A stretch of 57,017 nt of DNA from assembly GCA_036269255.1 (NCBI GenBank), contig DATASI010000182.1, positions 1-57,017 on the forward strand. The letters run 5' to 3'. How positions within the stretch are numbered: position 1 is the stretch's first letter; every line of letters begins with the position of its first letter. Below are positions 43,438 through 52,344 of this stretch, one piece after another. The stretch is from Candidatus Dormiibacterota bacterium (lineage in GTDB: Bacteria; Chloroflexota; Dormibacteria; CF-121). Made by a program: the position numbers and the translations under genes. The notes beneath the pieces are model-generated. The model searched no databases and had not been told where the DNA came from. It saw only the letters and a list, made by a program, of their open reading frames with translations.

Positions 43438-44948
43438 GCTGGCATCGCCGCCGCCGTCAGGACCGGCGCCAGGATGTCCTCCATCTGGCGTGGATACTCT
43501 CCCCCACGGAAATCAAGGAGCGGATGTGGGGCCATGAGATGTTCCAGCATGGCGCCGTCTTTGCGGACGTAGACCGCGGGATAGGGATTGCCCTGCCCAT
43601 TCGATTCCAGGGTCACCGCGATCGCGTTGGGACCTCCGGCATCGAGAAAGTGGGCGAGCGGCCAGATTCCTGCATCGGTGATGCCGCGGTCTCGGTCGAG
43701 GTTGACCACGCGCGCGAGGTAGGAGCGCTGGTGCCAGAGCTCAGGACCCTCGCTGAGCTCGTTGAGCAGGTGGGAGACCAACCGATCGGGTGCGATCGCC
43801 GACGCTTGCAGCTGTTTGCCGAATCGCGTCTTGGCAAGATGGCGTGCCAGGACGCGCGCGTTGTAGCGATGACCCTGTACCGCGCCGGAATTGCTGGGAA
43901 TCCCGTGCTTCTTCAGTCCGGCCGACCCCTGGGTAATGGTGCCGGCAAAGAAGATGCCGGGAACCGTTGCACTTTCCCAGAAGGCGGTTTGCGCCGGAAG
44001 CCGGCTCTGGCCAAAGGTCGCCACCCCAAGCTTGGGAAGGTCGCCCAGCGGACAGGTAAAACCGGTGGCGGCAATGACGTCGTCGACCTCGACCGTAAGC
44101 GCCGACCCGTCGGGATTCCGGGTCCGGACGGCAAAACCATTCCCGGACCGGTCCACGCCTTCGATCGTCGTGTCGAGGATGATCACCCCGCCGGCGAGGG
44201 CCGCATCTTCATAGGGCTGCACGTAGCGGGCGCGCACGCCGACCAGGGTATGGGTGTTGACCGACAGCTTGGTCGGGCTCGGCGAGGCCAGGATCAGCTG
44301 TCGCGCCCAGGGCAGCAGCCCGGTCGCGATCTCGAAGCCCGAGTTCTGCTTGCCGATGATGAAGACGCGCCGGTCCCGATAGGTCTCCACCGGACGGAAA
44401 TCCCCGTAATGGGGCAGCCCCTCCAGACCCTGGATCGCGGGCCGGTACGGCTGCGCCACGCCCACGGCGAAGACCAGCGCGGGAGCACGGTATTCCCCGT
44501 CCGATGTGCCGACAACGAAGTCATCCTTGTCTTTGCCCGTCGATTGCCACTCGCACTCGAATCGAACCTCCGTCCCCGTCCGCTCGGCGAAGGTTTCGAG
44601 ACCGCGCTGCATTTCGGGTCGCGAGGGGAAGTATGAGGTGCCGTCCATCAGCGCCGGCATCACCGCCCGGTGATCCGCTTCCTCGCCAATCAGGCTGTTC
44701 CAGTCGTAACGCTCATACGCCCGCGCGTTGTGGTCGAGACCACTGAACGGCTTGGTCCAGCTCAGCATTCGCTGGAAGATGGGCCAGCGGCGGAACATTC
44801 CGCCTGGCGCCTCGTCTTGCGAAAGGAGGGCGTGCTCGATCCCCAGCCGGGTCAACGAGTAGCTGAGCTGGAGGCCCCCGGGTCCGCTCCCAACGACAAT
44901 CAGCGGATAACGGCCCGGCGGAAAGGGCTTGCCGGCCTGCCCAGTCAC
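43434..44948 (-). CDS. FAD/NAD(P)-binding flavoprotein (FMO / Pyr_redox_3-like) with a C-terminal extension of about 130 aa of unknown function
   Basis: VVGSGPGGL and IIGKQNSGFE dinucleotide motifs, and ATGF near the end of the flavoprotein core. GTG start 10 nt after the upstream stop. ATGA overlap with the cyclase gene. Confidence 0.75.
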   Translation of the reverse strand: MTGQAGKPFPPGRYPLIVVGSGPGGLQLSYSLTRLGIEHALLSQDEAPGGMFRRWPIFQRMLSWTKPFSGLDHNARAYERYDWNSLIGEEADHRAVMPALMDGTSYFPSRPEMQRGLETFAERTGTEVRFECEWQSTGKDKDDFVVGTSDGEYRAPALVFAVGVAQPYRPAIQGLEGLPHYGDFRPVETYRDRRVFIIGKQNSGFEIATGLLPWARQLILASPSPTKLSVNTHTLVGVRARYVQPYEDAALAGGVIILDTTIEGVDRSGNGFAVRTRNPDGSALTVEVDDVIAATGFTCPLGDLPKLGVATFGQSRLPAQTAFWESATVPGIFFAGTITQGSAGLKKHGIPSNSGAVQGHRYNARVLARHLAKTRFGKQLQASAIAPDRLVSHLLNELSEGPELWHQRSYLARVVNLDRDRGITDAGIWPLAHFLDAGGPNAIAVTLESNGQGNPYPAVYVRKDGAMLEHLMAPHPLLDFRGGEYPRQMEDILAPVLTAAAMPA

Positions 44949-44958
44949 CGGACTCGCG

Positions 44959-45381
44959 TCAGCTCACCCATTTCGTGGTGTGCTTCAGCTTTCGAGCCTC
45001 GCGCTGCAGCAGGCGGTACATGATGCGTGGGTGCTTCAAAAGGAATGCCTCGAGCTGGGCGCAGGGAAGGATAAGGCAGCGAAGCGGCTGGGTTGCCACG
45101 ATATCGGCCACCGGCTGATCGCCGACCAGGCACGAGATTTCACCGAAGAAGTCGCCGGCCTTGAGCGGCGCCCGGTCCACGCCGTCCACCCGGATGACGG
45201 CGGCCCCTTCGACGATCACGTAAAAACCGGATCCCGTGACCCCCTGCCGGAGGATGCGCTCGCCCTGACCGAACCAGGCTTCGTCGAAGGTATGGGCGAT
45301 GGCCTCGAGCTCCGGCCCGCTGAGATCGGCAAACAGCGCGAAGCCGGCGATGGTCTCGACGACGTCGCTATGGACCGCCAT
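44959..45381 (-). CDS. Stand-alone cyclic-nucleotide-binding (CAP/CNB-fold) domain protein, 140 aa
   Basis: FADLSGPELEAIA..., GERILRQG..GSGFYVIVEG and GDFFGEISCL (FGE of the phosphate-binding cassette). No DNA-binding or other domain. Confidence 0.8.
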   Translation of the reverse strand: MAVHSDVVETIAGFALFADLSGPELEAIAHTFDEAWFGQGERILRQGVTGSGFYVIVEGAAVIRVDGVDRAPLKAGDFFGEISCLVGDQPVADIVATQPLRCLILPCAQLEAFLLKHPRIMYRLLQREARKLKHTTKWVS

Positions 45382-46979
45382 CAGGCTGTGTCTCTCGCGG
45401 CCTGAGTTGGTGCGCCGGACTGAGCGCTTTCACCCGCAATCGATCGTCGTGGGTTTCGGATCCCAACGGCATTGACCAGCGCTCCGGCGAGCAATAGCGC
45501 GGCACCGACCATGACCGCCAGGTGGAAGGCGTCGGTTGAGGCGGTCCTCACCAGCGCGGCCAACGACGGAATCCCAGACGGGTTCAGCGGGCTGACGCGC
45601 TGCCTGAAGCTGGGTGAATTGACATCGATGCCAACCAGCCCGGCGTGAGCCGCGATCGCCGCGTAGAAGCTGTTGGTGATGAGGATGAAGATCAGCGCTC
45701 CGGCGAGCTGGGGCCCGACGCGCGAGATCGCATTGTTGATGGCCGAGGCCAAGCCGGAGTTATGCGCCGGCACCGACGTCATGAGGGCCGTCGTCAGCGG
45801 GGCGACCGTGATCATGATTCCGATCCCGAACAGCAGCAATCCGGGCAGGAAGTCGGTCAGATAGGAGAGCGGAGGCACGAACGTCGAAGGGTTGCTCAGC
45901 TGCAGATGCCAGGCGGCGCTGGTCGCGGGCGTTCGGGTGTACCAGAGCACGCCAAGCGCCATGATCAGCGGGCCTACAGCCATGAACCAGCGTGGACCGA
46001 TGCGGCTGGCGAGTCCGCCGAAGCGTGACGAACCGAAAATCAGGAAGAGACTTCCGGGAAGGCCCATCAATCCGGCGGCCGCCGCCGTGTAGCCGAGCGT
46101 CCCCTGGACGAAGAGCCCGAGGTAGTAGAAGGTCACATAGAGTGCGCCATAGATCAGGAAGGTGGAGATGTTGGTGACCGTGAAATTTCGCGATTTGAAC
46201 AGCCGGGGAGGGATCAGCGGATGCGGTGCCCGCAGCATCCAGATCGGCAGAATCGCGGTGAAGATCGCGCCGACGGCGAGCCCGATGAACCCGAGCGGGT
46301 CCTGCCAGTTTCGTTGTGCCCCGAAGATCGCGCCGAACGACAGGCCGCCCACTGCCAGCGCGACGATCGCGGCGCCCAACCAGTCGAAATGCGGGCTCGC
46401 CTCTTCGTCTCGGCTCTCCGGGACATGCGCCGAGGTCGCCCAGAGCGCAATCGCAATCAGCGGGATATTGATGAGAAAAGCCGCGCGCCAGGAAATCGAA
46501 TCGACCAGCAGGCCGCCGACCAGGGGCCCCAGAATCGTGGTTGCCCCGGACGCTCCGGCCCAGACGCCGAAGGCTCGGCCCTGTGCTTCGCCCTCGAAGT
46601 TGGAGGTGATCAAGGCCAGCGACCCGGGCACCAAGAATGCTCCGGCCGCGCCCTGGAGGATGCGAAACAGCACCAGGAGCTCCATGTTTGGCGCCAGCCC
46701 GCAAAGAACGGACGTCAGGCCAAAACCGGCCAGGCCGAGCATGAAGGTTCGCTTCCGGCCGTAGTAATCGGTCAGGGCGCCGGCCAGGATCAGCAGCGCG
46801 GAGAGGGTGAGGAGGTAGGCGTTGTAGACGTAGGACTGGCCCTCGAGCGTGCCCATGAACAGCCGTGGAAGATCGCGCCCGATCCGTGGCAGGGCGACAT
46901 TGACGACCGTCGAATCGAGGAACACGATGCCGGACCCGAGCACGGCGGCAATCAGGATCCAGCGGCGCCGTTCAGCCAT
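45381..46979 (-). CDS. MFS transporter, 14-TMS DHA2 (EmrB/QacA-like) drug:H+ antiporter type
   Basis: LDSTVVNVALPRI, GALTDYYGRKR and 14 hydrophobic segments. GGAGGGG SD lies inside the 3' end of the upstream gene. Confidence 0.85.
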   Translation of the reverse strand: MAERRRWILIAAVLGSGIVFLDSTVVNVALPRIGRDLPRLFMGTLEGQSYVYNAYLLTLSALLILAGALTDYYGRKRTFMLGLAGFGLTSVLCGLAPNMELLVLFRILQGAAGAFLVPGSLALITSNFEGEAQGRAFGVWAGASGATTILGPLVGGLLVDSISWRAAFLINIPLIAIALWATSAHVPESRDEEASPHFDWLGAAIVALAVGGLSFGAIFGAQRNWQDPLGFIGLAVGAIFTAILPIWMLRAPHPLIPPRLFKSRNFTVTNISTFLIYGALYVTFYYLGLFVQGTLGYTAAAAGLMGLPGSLFLIFGSSRFGGLASRIGPRWFMAVGPLIMALGVLWYTRTPATSAAWHLQLSNPSTFVPPLSYLTDFLPGLLLFGIGIMITVAPLTTALMTSVPAHNSGLASAINNAISRVGPQLAGALIFILITNSFYAAIAAHAGLVGIDVNSPSFRQRVSPLNPSGIPSLAALVRTASTDAFHLAVMVGAALLLAGALVNAVGIRNPRRSIAGESAQSGAPTQAARDTA

Positions 46980-49023
46980 GGTCCCCTCCTGCGGATACGG
47001 ACTGCGCCGATTCTAGGCCGCGATCGGTTGCGACTTGCTCTCCAATCGGAATTTTGTCCAGTCGCACGGCGCCCCAAGCTTGCGTCAGGTGTGGATCGAC
47101 GCGCAGCCTCCCATCGACGATGTCGAGACCCATCACGGTGCGCAAGGCCATCAGGGGCGCGCCCGCCGCCCAGGCCTGGGGCCGAGACGCCGTCGGGTAC
47201 TCGACCGGTGCGCCGGTCTCCTCCCGCGAAAAACCGGCGAACACCTCTGGCAGTCGGTAGTCGAAGGCCTCAGCGGCCTGGACCAGCATCAACGCGAGGT
47301 GCGAGGCGTGATCGCGCTGTCCATACCTGCGCATGCCCTCGGCGATGAACGCTGTGTCGTGCGGCCAGACGGTGCCGTTGTGGTATTCGATCGGGTTGTA
47401 TCCGGCATCATCGGCAGACATGGTGCGAATACCCCAGCCGGTGAACATCTCGGATGACATCAGGCGGTGGGTCAGCAGGGCGGCTCGGTCCTCGGGAACG
47501 ATGCCAGACCAGAGCAGGTGTCCAACGTTGGATGTCATGGCGTCGACCTGGCGCTTGTCGCCGTCGAGTGCGAGCGCATAATACCCGCGCGTATCGATCC
47601 AGAAATCGCGATTGAACCGCTCGCGCAGCGCGGCCGCATCGCGTTCCAGCCGCTGTGCCAGGTCCTGGTCGGCCCATACTTCACGAGCCAGTCGCGCCAT
47701 CCGCACTCGGGCGTCGTATGCATAGCCCTGGATCTCGCAGGTGGCGACCGGTCCTATCGCCACCCTGCCGTCGTGGAAGAGGATCGAGTTCCACGAGTCC
47801 TTCCAGCACTGATTGGCCAGCCCCTTGGGCGATCGGGTCTCGTATTCGAGGTAACCGTCGTGATCGCGGTCGCCGTCGCCCTCGATCCAGGCCAGGGCTT
47901 TCATGGCGGCGGGCTTCAGGCTTCGCACGAAGTCTGAATCGCCGGCCCAGCGCTGGTACTCATCGAGCAGGATCAGGAACAGTGGCGTTGCGTCGTGCGT
48001 GCCGTAGTAGGGGCCATGGGGACGCTCGCCGAGGGCGGTCAGCTCGCCCAGTCGCAGCTCGTGGAGGATCTTTCCCGGCTCCGCGTCGCGAAAGTCATCG
48101 CGCTCTTGCGCCTGCCACGCCGTCAAAGCCTCGAGCGTCGTGCGCGCCAGGTGTGGCTGGAACGGCAGAGCCTGGTAGGCCGTGATCAGGCTGTCTCGGC
48201 CGAAGAGGGCCATGAACCAGGGCAGACCGGCCGCCGGCAGCGAAAAGGAGAGCGTCTTCAGCGGCCGGAACCGAAGAGCCGCGAGGTCGATCAGGCTGCA
48301 TCGGTAGGTATGTGCCAGGACGTCGTTGTCGGTGGTGAGCGTCGGTGCCTGCGCCATCCACTGTTCAAAGCTGGTTGGCATGTCTGGTTTGGGATTACCG
48401 AATGTTCGATCGCCGTGTTCGAGGTGATTGACCTCTCCGTCTCGCACCGGCATCACGTCGATACAGGTCTGCCAGCGGCCACGGGGTTCCAGCTGCAGCT
48501 CGACGTGGGCGCGATCGGGCGTGACCGAGAACATGTGACTGAATTGGATGATTGTCGAGCGGCGGAAGTCGCCGCGTGAGTACATCAGCGTTGCCCCGCG
48601 TTCGGCAACTTCCGTTTCGAGTTCCCCTCGTTTGGGCGTGTGGTCCTTGACTTCAAACAGGTCGGCGAAGTCACTGCCGTACTCGATATCGATCGTCAGA
48701 TGCTGTGGCTGGTCGCTGTGGTTTTGAACCGTAAGGTCTTCGTGGACGCCGCGCGCGACAAAGCGGTCGCGCCGGATTGAAATCGGCGGGTTCTCGCCGA
48801 CGCTGACACTCCCGAGCGTGGCGAATATCGCCGCCGAATAGTAATCGACTGTGCGGCTGGTCAGGACGTGGGTCGGGTGGCCGTTGACCAGCAGGCGCCA
48901 TCTCGAAAGATGGCGCATGTCGGCGTGGAAAAAGCCGTTTGGCATCGGGCTGGGCTCGACGTCGCCGGCGGGGTCCGAGACAAAGAAAGTATTCCCGTCC
49001 AGCACGGTCAGGTCGCCCGCCAT
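46972..49023 (-). CDS. Amylo-alpha-1,6-glucosidase / glycogen debranching enzyme family (GDE_C with bacterial-archaeal N-domain)
   Basis: LTVLDGNTFFVSDPAGDV N-terminal motif, GLPWFMALFGRDS, and an (alpha/alpha)6-type C-terminal half (GYLEY..., WKDSW, YHNGTVWPHD). AAGGGAGGGG SD. Confidence 0.85.
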   Translation of the reverse strand: MAGDLTVLDGNTFFVSDPAGDVEPSPMPNGFFHADMRHLSRWRLLVNGHPTHVLTSRTVDYYSAAIFATLGSVSVGENPPISIRRDRFVARGVHEDLTVQNHSDQPQHLTIDIEYGSDFADLFEVKDHTPKRGELETEVAERGATLMYSRGDFRRSTIIQFSHMFSVTPDRAHVELQLEPRGRWQTCIDVMPVRDGEVNHLEHGDRTFGNPKPDMPTSFEQWMAQAPTLTTDNDVLAHTYRCSLIDLAALRFRPLKTLSFSLPAAGLPWFMALFGRDSLITAYQALPFQPHLARTTLEALTAWQAQERDDFRDAEPGKILHELRLGELTALGERPHGPYYGTHDATPLFLILLDEYQRWAGDSDFVRSLKPAAMKALAWIEGDGDRDHDGYLEYETRSPKGLANQCWKDSWNSILFHDGRVAIGPVATCEIQGYAYDARVRMARLAREVWADQDLAQRLERDAAALRERFNRDFWIDTRGYYALALDGDKRQVDAMTSNVGHLLWSGIVPEDRAALLTHRLMSSEMFTGWGIRTMSADDAGYNPIEYHNGTVWPHDTAFIAEGMRRYGQRDHASHLALMLVQAAEAFDYRLPEVFAGFSREETGAPVEYPTASRPQAWAAGAPLMALRTVMGLDIVDGRLRVDPHLTQAWGAVRLDKIPIGEQVATDRGLESAQSVSAGGDHG

Positions 49024-49086
49024 CGAGGTCCCCTCCCTTCGGTGATCCGCCTGCCGCTAGAGTACTCGCCGAGGAAAGGAGGTTTT

Positions 49087-49638
49087 ATGGCCGTCAATAT
49101 TCGGGAACGGCAGGCACCGATTCGGGAACGCTACAAGGCGAATCGTGATGCCGCGCACATTATTTTGAAGGTGCATAGCGGCAACAGCGATCTCAAGGAC
49201 CCGTTGCACTGCCTGGTCGTGCCGGACGCCGCACCCGCGCATGCCTGGCCCTCCGGCGCTCATCCCGCCGTGGGCGGCGCCGGCGACGTTCCCTGTTCCG
49301 GCGACCTCTTGCTCGGCGCCCTGGCGGCTTGCCAGGAAACGACAATCCGAATGGTGGCGGCCAACATGGGGATCCAGCTTGAGTCCCTGGACATCAGGGT
49401 CGAAGGCGACTGGGATGCTCGGGGCACCCTGGCCATGGGCGATTACCCGATCGGGCTTACCGCGGTTCGATGCGCGACGGCGGTCAAGGTTGCCGGCGAC
49501 GTGAACGGCGACCGGGCGGCCCGGCTGCTTCGCAGCGCGGAAAAATACTGTGTCGTCTTGAACACGCTCCGCGGCGGTGTCCAGGTGGAGTCGAGCTTCG
49601 ACCTCCAGCAGGAGCCAGCGACGAACCGCCCGCGTTAG
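49087..49638 (+). CDS. OsmC family protein
   Basis: AGGAGG SD and Cys motifs LGALAACQ and AEKYCVV. I rejected the upstream extension in the track. Confidence 0.8.
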   Translation: MAVNIRERQAPIRERYKANRDAAHIILKVHSGNSDLKDPLHCLVVPDAAPAHAWPSGAHPAVGGAGDVPCSGDLLLGALAACQETTIRMVAANMGIQLESLDIRVEGDWDARGTLAMGDYPIGLTAVRCATAVKVAGDVNGDRAARLLRSAEKYCVVLNTLRGGVQVESSFDLQQEPATNRPR

Positions 49639-50303
49639 GCTTCCGGCTCGCCTGGTGCCACGAGCCTGGATTCATAGGCCGCGACCACGGCCTGTGCACG
49701 GTTATCGACCTGGAGCTTCTCCAGGACGTGCGCAACGTGGGTTTTGACGGTCGCCTCGCTGACGCTGAGGCGCTCGGCGATCTCGGTGTTTCCAAGCCCG
49801 CGCGCCATTAGCCGGAGGACGTCAAGCTCGCGAGGCGTGAGCTCGGACAGGTCGCGGCTGAGCCCGCTTGGTGAGTCTCGCGTCGCGTAGCGCTCGATCA
49901 ACCGTCGAGTGATCGACGGCGCCAGCAGGGCGTCTCCGGCGTTGACCAACCGAACCGAGGCGATCAACTGCTCGGGCGTCACATCCTTCAGTAAAAAGCC
50001 GCAGGCGCCGGCGCGCAGCGCGGCATAGACGTACTCATCCAGGTCGAAGGTCGTCAGCATCACGATCCGGCATGCACTCGAGCCGTTTCCCAGGATTCGG
50101 CGCGTCGCCTCCAGGCCGTCGAGCCTGGGCATGCGGATGTCCATCAAGATGACGTCGGGCCGGTGGCGGCGGGTCATTGCGACCGCCTCCTCGCCATCCT
50201 GTGCCTCGGCGACGACCTCGAAATCGGGTTGCGATTCGAGGATCAGGCGAAACCCGGCACGAACCAATGACTGGTCGTCGGCGATCAGGACCCTGGTGCT
50301 CAC
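49635..50303 (-). CDS. NarL/FixJ (LuxR-type HTH) response regulator
   Basis: VLIADDQ, DVILMDIRMPRLDG and LTPRELDVLRLMARGLGNTEIAERLSVSEATVKTHV. Confidence 0.9.
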   Translation of the reverse strand: MSTRVLIADDQSLVRAGFRLILESQPDFEVVAEAQDGEEAVAMTRRHRPDVILMDIRMPRLDGLEATRRILGNGSSACRIVMLTTFDLDEYVYAALRAGACGFLLKDVTPEQLIASVRLVNAGDALLAPSITRRLIERYATRDSPSGLSRDLSELTPRELDVLRLMARGLGNTEIAERLSVSEATVKTHVAHVLEKLQVDNRAQAVVAAYESRLVAPGEPEA

Positions 50304-51475
50304 TCGGGCAAGCTCAGCGGCAAATGGGCGCGCACCGCATACCCCTGGGTCGGGCGCTTCCCCGCGTCGATTGTGCCGCCGAAGAGCGCCACGCGCTCGC
50401 GCATCCCGACCAGGCCGCGCCCGATGCCGTCGGCCGGGGAGGCGACCATCCCTTGATCGGCAATCTCGATGTCGAGCGCATCGGGCAAATACCGAACGAG
50501 GACATTGGTCTGCGCACCCCCCGCGTACTTCAAGGCGTTGGTGAGCGCCTCCTGGACGATCCGATACGCGGCGACATCGACGCCCGGCGCCAGTGGCCTC
50601 GCCTCCCCTTGCACCTCGAGGCTGACCGGCAGTCCCGCATCTTTGACCCGCTCGACCAGTGACGTGAGGTCACCCATGCTGGGCTGCGGGACCAACGGTG
50701 GCTCGCTGCCGTTCGCACCAAGCACGCCAAGCAACCGGCGAAGCTCGTCCATCGCCTCGTGACCAACCGTCTCCACGTTCTCGAGTGACTCGCGCGCCGC
50801 ATCCGGCTTCTCGGCCAGTACCTTGCGGGCGGCGCCGGCCTGCACCACCATCACGCTGACGCTGTGGGCGACGACATCGTGCAACTCGCGCGCGATGTGC
50901 TGGCGCTCGGCCTCGGCTGCGGCTTTGATCGCCGCCTCGCGCTCCGAGTTCAGCCGGGCGCTCAGCCTCCGCTCCTCGTTGAGCTGCTTCTGGCGTGCTC
51001 CAATCTCGCGTCCGGCCAGGTACGCGGCACCTAATAGCAGAAAGGGCAGCACGGCGCCGGGGACCGGCAATGTCGACGTCGGGCCGTGGCCAAACTCAAT
51101 CGCGATAAAGAGCGATGCGACGGCGACGGCTGCAAGCGCCAGGTTTTGATGCCGCGAGTGCAGCCCGACCGACACGCAGGCGACGAGGCCACCGATTAGC
51201 GCGGCCAGGACGGTGGCATTGCCGGCTAGACCGTAGCCCGCTACATCGAGGGCCAGGACGGCGACGGGATAGCGTCTCCGTACCAGCAACGGGATCGTGT
51301 TGAGCAGGACGGCAGGCGAAGTAGGCTGGGAGTCCTGCGTGGTGCTTTCGACCACCGCCCAAATCGACAGGCCCACGGCCAGGACAACGTCAATCCAGTG
51401 AATATCGAGGCGGCGCGCGATCATGGTGATCTGCCGCACGCTTAGGACTCTACCGATCAGCGCCTGAACTCGCAT
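50300..51475 (-). CDS. HisKA_3-type sensor histidine kinase with a multi-TM N-terminal domain
   Basis: ERQHIARELHDVVAHSVSVM H-box and HATPase motifs (EALTNALKYA, DQG, GRGLVGMRERV). The start is uncertain (51424-51478). ATGA-type overlap with the regulator gene. Confidence 0.85.
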   Translation of the reverse strand: MRVQALIGRVLSVRQITMIARRLDIHWIDVVLAVGLSIWAVVESTTQDSQPTSPAVLLNTIPLLVRRRYPVAVLALDVAGYGLAGNATVLAALIGGLVACVSVGLHSRHQNLALAAVAVASLFIAIEFGHGPTSTLPVPGAVLPFLLLGAAYLAGREIGARQKQLNEERRLSARLNSEREAAIKAAAEAERQHIARELHDVVAHSVSVMVVQAGAARKVLAEKPDAARESLENVETVGHEAMDELRRLLGVLGANGSEPPLVPQPSMGDLTSLVERVKDAGLPVSLEVQGEARPLAPGVDVAAYRIVQEALTNALKYAGGAQTNVLVRYLPDALDIEIADQGMVASPADGIGRGLVGMRERVALFGGTIDAGKRPTQGYAVRAHLPLSLPE

Positions 51476-51633
51476 CATTCTCCGGGATGAGCCCCGCTCG
51501 CCCGCCTGGGTGAGTCGCTCCCTGATCACCCCGCTGATCGAGATCAATTCACGCGTGGGGCCGACGACGGCGAACCACGCGTGCCCGCATGCTGCGGCCA
51601 TCAAGGGCCACGCCGGCCACAAGGAGCGTGCCG

Positions 51634-52344
51634 ATGGACGCCATCGTCCAACTCACCGACGTCAGCAAGGTCTACAACGACGGCCGACAGTTCGCGGCGC
51701 TCGATGACATCTCGATCGCGCTCAGGCCCGGCGAAGCGGCGGCGATCATGGGGCCTTCAGGGAGCGGCAAATCGACCTTGCTCAACCTGATCGGCGGACT
51801 CGACCGGCCCACCCGCGGAACCGTGACCGTGGACGGCGCCAACCTCGGCCGGCTGAGCGAGGGCGGACTGGCGCGCTTTCGGCGCCAACGCGTCGGTATC
51901 GTCTTCCAGTTCTTCAACCTGCTCAACAATCTGACCGCGCTGGACAACGTCCTGATTCCGGCTCAGCTTGCTGGAGCCCACGGCAACCAGGCCCGCCGGC
52001 GTGCGGAAGAACTGCTCGAACGGCTGGGCGTGGCGGCGCTTAGAAACAGCTACCCGGCCAGACTGAGCGGGGGAGAGCGCCAGCGGGTCGCAATCGCGCG
52101 GGCCCTCATCAACAATCCGCCCCTGCTGCTCGCCGACGAACCGACGGGCGCTCTCGACACGCACAACGGCGACGAGGTCATGGCGATTTTTGCCGATCTC
52201 AATCGCAGCGGGCAGACCATTGTGCTCGTCACCCACGACGAGCGCCTGGCGCGTGCCAATGCCACGCGGGTTCTTCAGCTGGTCGATGGGGCCATCGCGG
52301 TCGACCGCGGCGACTCCACGCTCGGCGTGGTGCAGGCCAAATGA
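51634..52344 (+). CDS. ABC transporter ATP-binding protein (MacB/LolD/FtsE-like)
   Basis: AAGGAG SD, GPSGSGKSTLLN, LSGGERQRVAIARAL and LLLADEPTGALD. Confidence 0.9.
   Translation: MDAIVQLTDVSKVYNDGRQFAALDDISIALRPGEAAAIMGPSGSGKSTLLNLIGGLDRPTRGTVTVDGANLGRLSEGGLARFRRQRVGIVFQFFNLLNNLTALDNVLIPAQLAGAHGNQARRRAEELLERLGVAALRNSYPARLSGGERQRVAIARALINNPPLLLADEPTGALDTHNGDEVMAIFADLNRSGQTIVLVTHDERLARANATRVLQLVDGAIAVDRGDSTLGVVQAK

Noticed and set aside
40789-45381. Interpreting the cyclase plus CNB protein as a Pycsar- or CBASS-like antiphage system.
   Set aside because: No recognised effector (TIR, TM pore, nuclease, phospholipase) is fused to or adjacent to the CNB domain. The cyclase is embedded in a STAND/TPR regulator typical of housekeeping signalling proteins in high-GC bacteria. 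No other defence genes or mobile elements flank it. I keep it only as a remote analogy.
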